Shown here: positions 63,948 through 64,000 of the stretch, piece by piece | Numbering within the stretch: position 1 is the first letter of the stretch | How the letters are laid out: every line of letters starts with the position of its first letter | Origin: Candidatus Undinarchaeota archaeon | Lineage (GTDB): Archaea > SpSt-1190 > JASMDC01 | Assembly: GCA_964519305.1 (NCBI GenBank) | Contig: CAZFHY010000009.1 | Location: forward strand, 32,001 to 96,000 | Reading direction: 5' to 3' | DNA length: 64,000 bases | Notes under the pieces: generated by a model | Databases searched by the model: none | Told to the model about the DNA's origin: nothing | Seen by the model: only the letters and a program-made list of their open reading frames with translations | Translations under genes and position numbers: made by a program

Positions 63948-64000
63948 TGATCATTCACCTTGTAACCGGGGCAACTCACGGAGCCCTTCCACCAATAGAA

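Noticed and set aside
1-64000. CRISPR array, IS element or provirus
   Set aside because: No regularly spaced repeats, transposase, integrase or capsid-like ORFs were recognised by eye.

Overview
This 64-kb window is a GC-rich (about 60% by eye) archaeal chromosome segment, probably from a DPANN-like lineage (inference from its Cys-rich surface proteins and accessory gene style). Archaeal markers include TFB, PAN, RpoN/RpoP, eL18/uL13/uS9/eL43/eS17/eL37/eS8, Sm, NAC, prefoldin, SepF, SecDF, tRNA-Pro(GGG) and an intron-containing tRNA-Lys(CTT). It also encodes a 2293-aa Cys-rich surface protein, a divergent N-terminally extended form III-like RuBisCO, an HPS-PHI fusion, GH57/GH32 sugar enzymes, a duplicated wHTH/COG1361/MacB-type ABC module and a DsbA/CcdA/thioredoxin cluster. 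Main candidates for new biology: (1) a complete bacterial-type PNPase with a TATA-like promoter, next to the rpl37ae-rpoP-pcc1-pfdB cluster from which the usual exosome genes are absent; (2) a divergent locus with two paralogous PP-loop/3-Cys enzymes, two paralogous MxCCG membrane proteins, two paralogous micro-peptides and a Cys-rich HTH with palindromic operators, beside ThiF/ThiI/CcdA/DsbA; (3) three dispersed Gly-rich peptides sharing an acidic leader, two also sharing an upstream DNA motif; (4) unannotated box C/D guide RNAs, one with plausible 23S rRNA and tRNA-Leu(CAA) C34 targets; (5) apparent CTG and ATC starts in housekeeping genes. No CRISPR array, rRNA gene or transposase was recognised. 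All calls are by eye; no searches were run.
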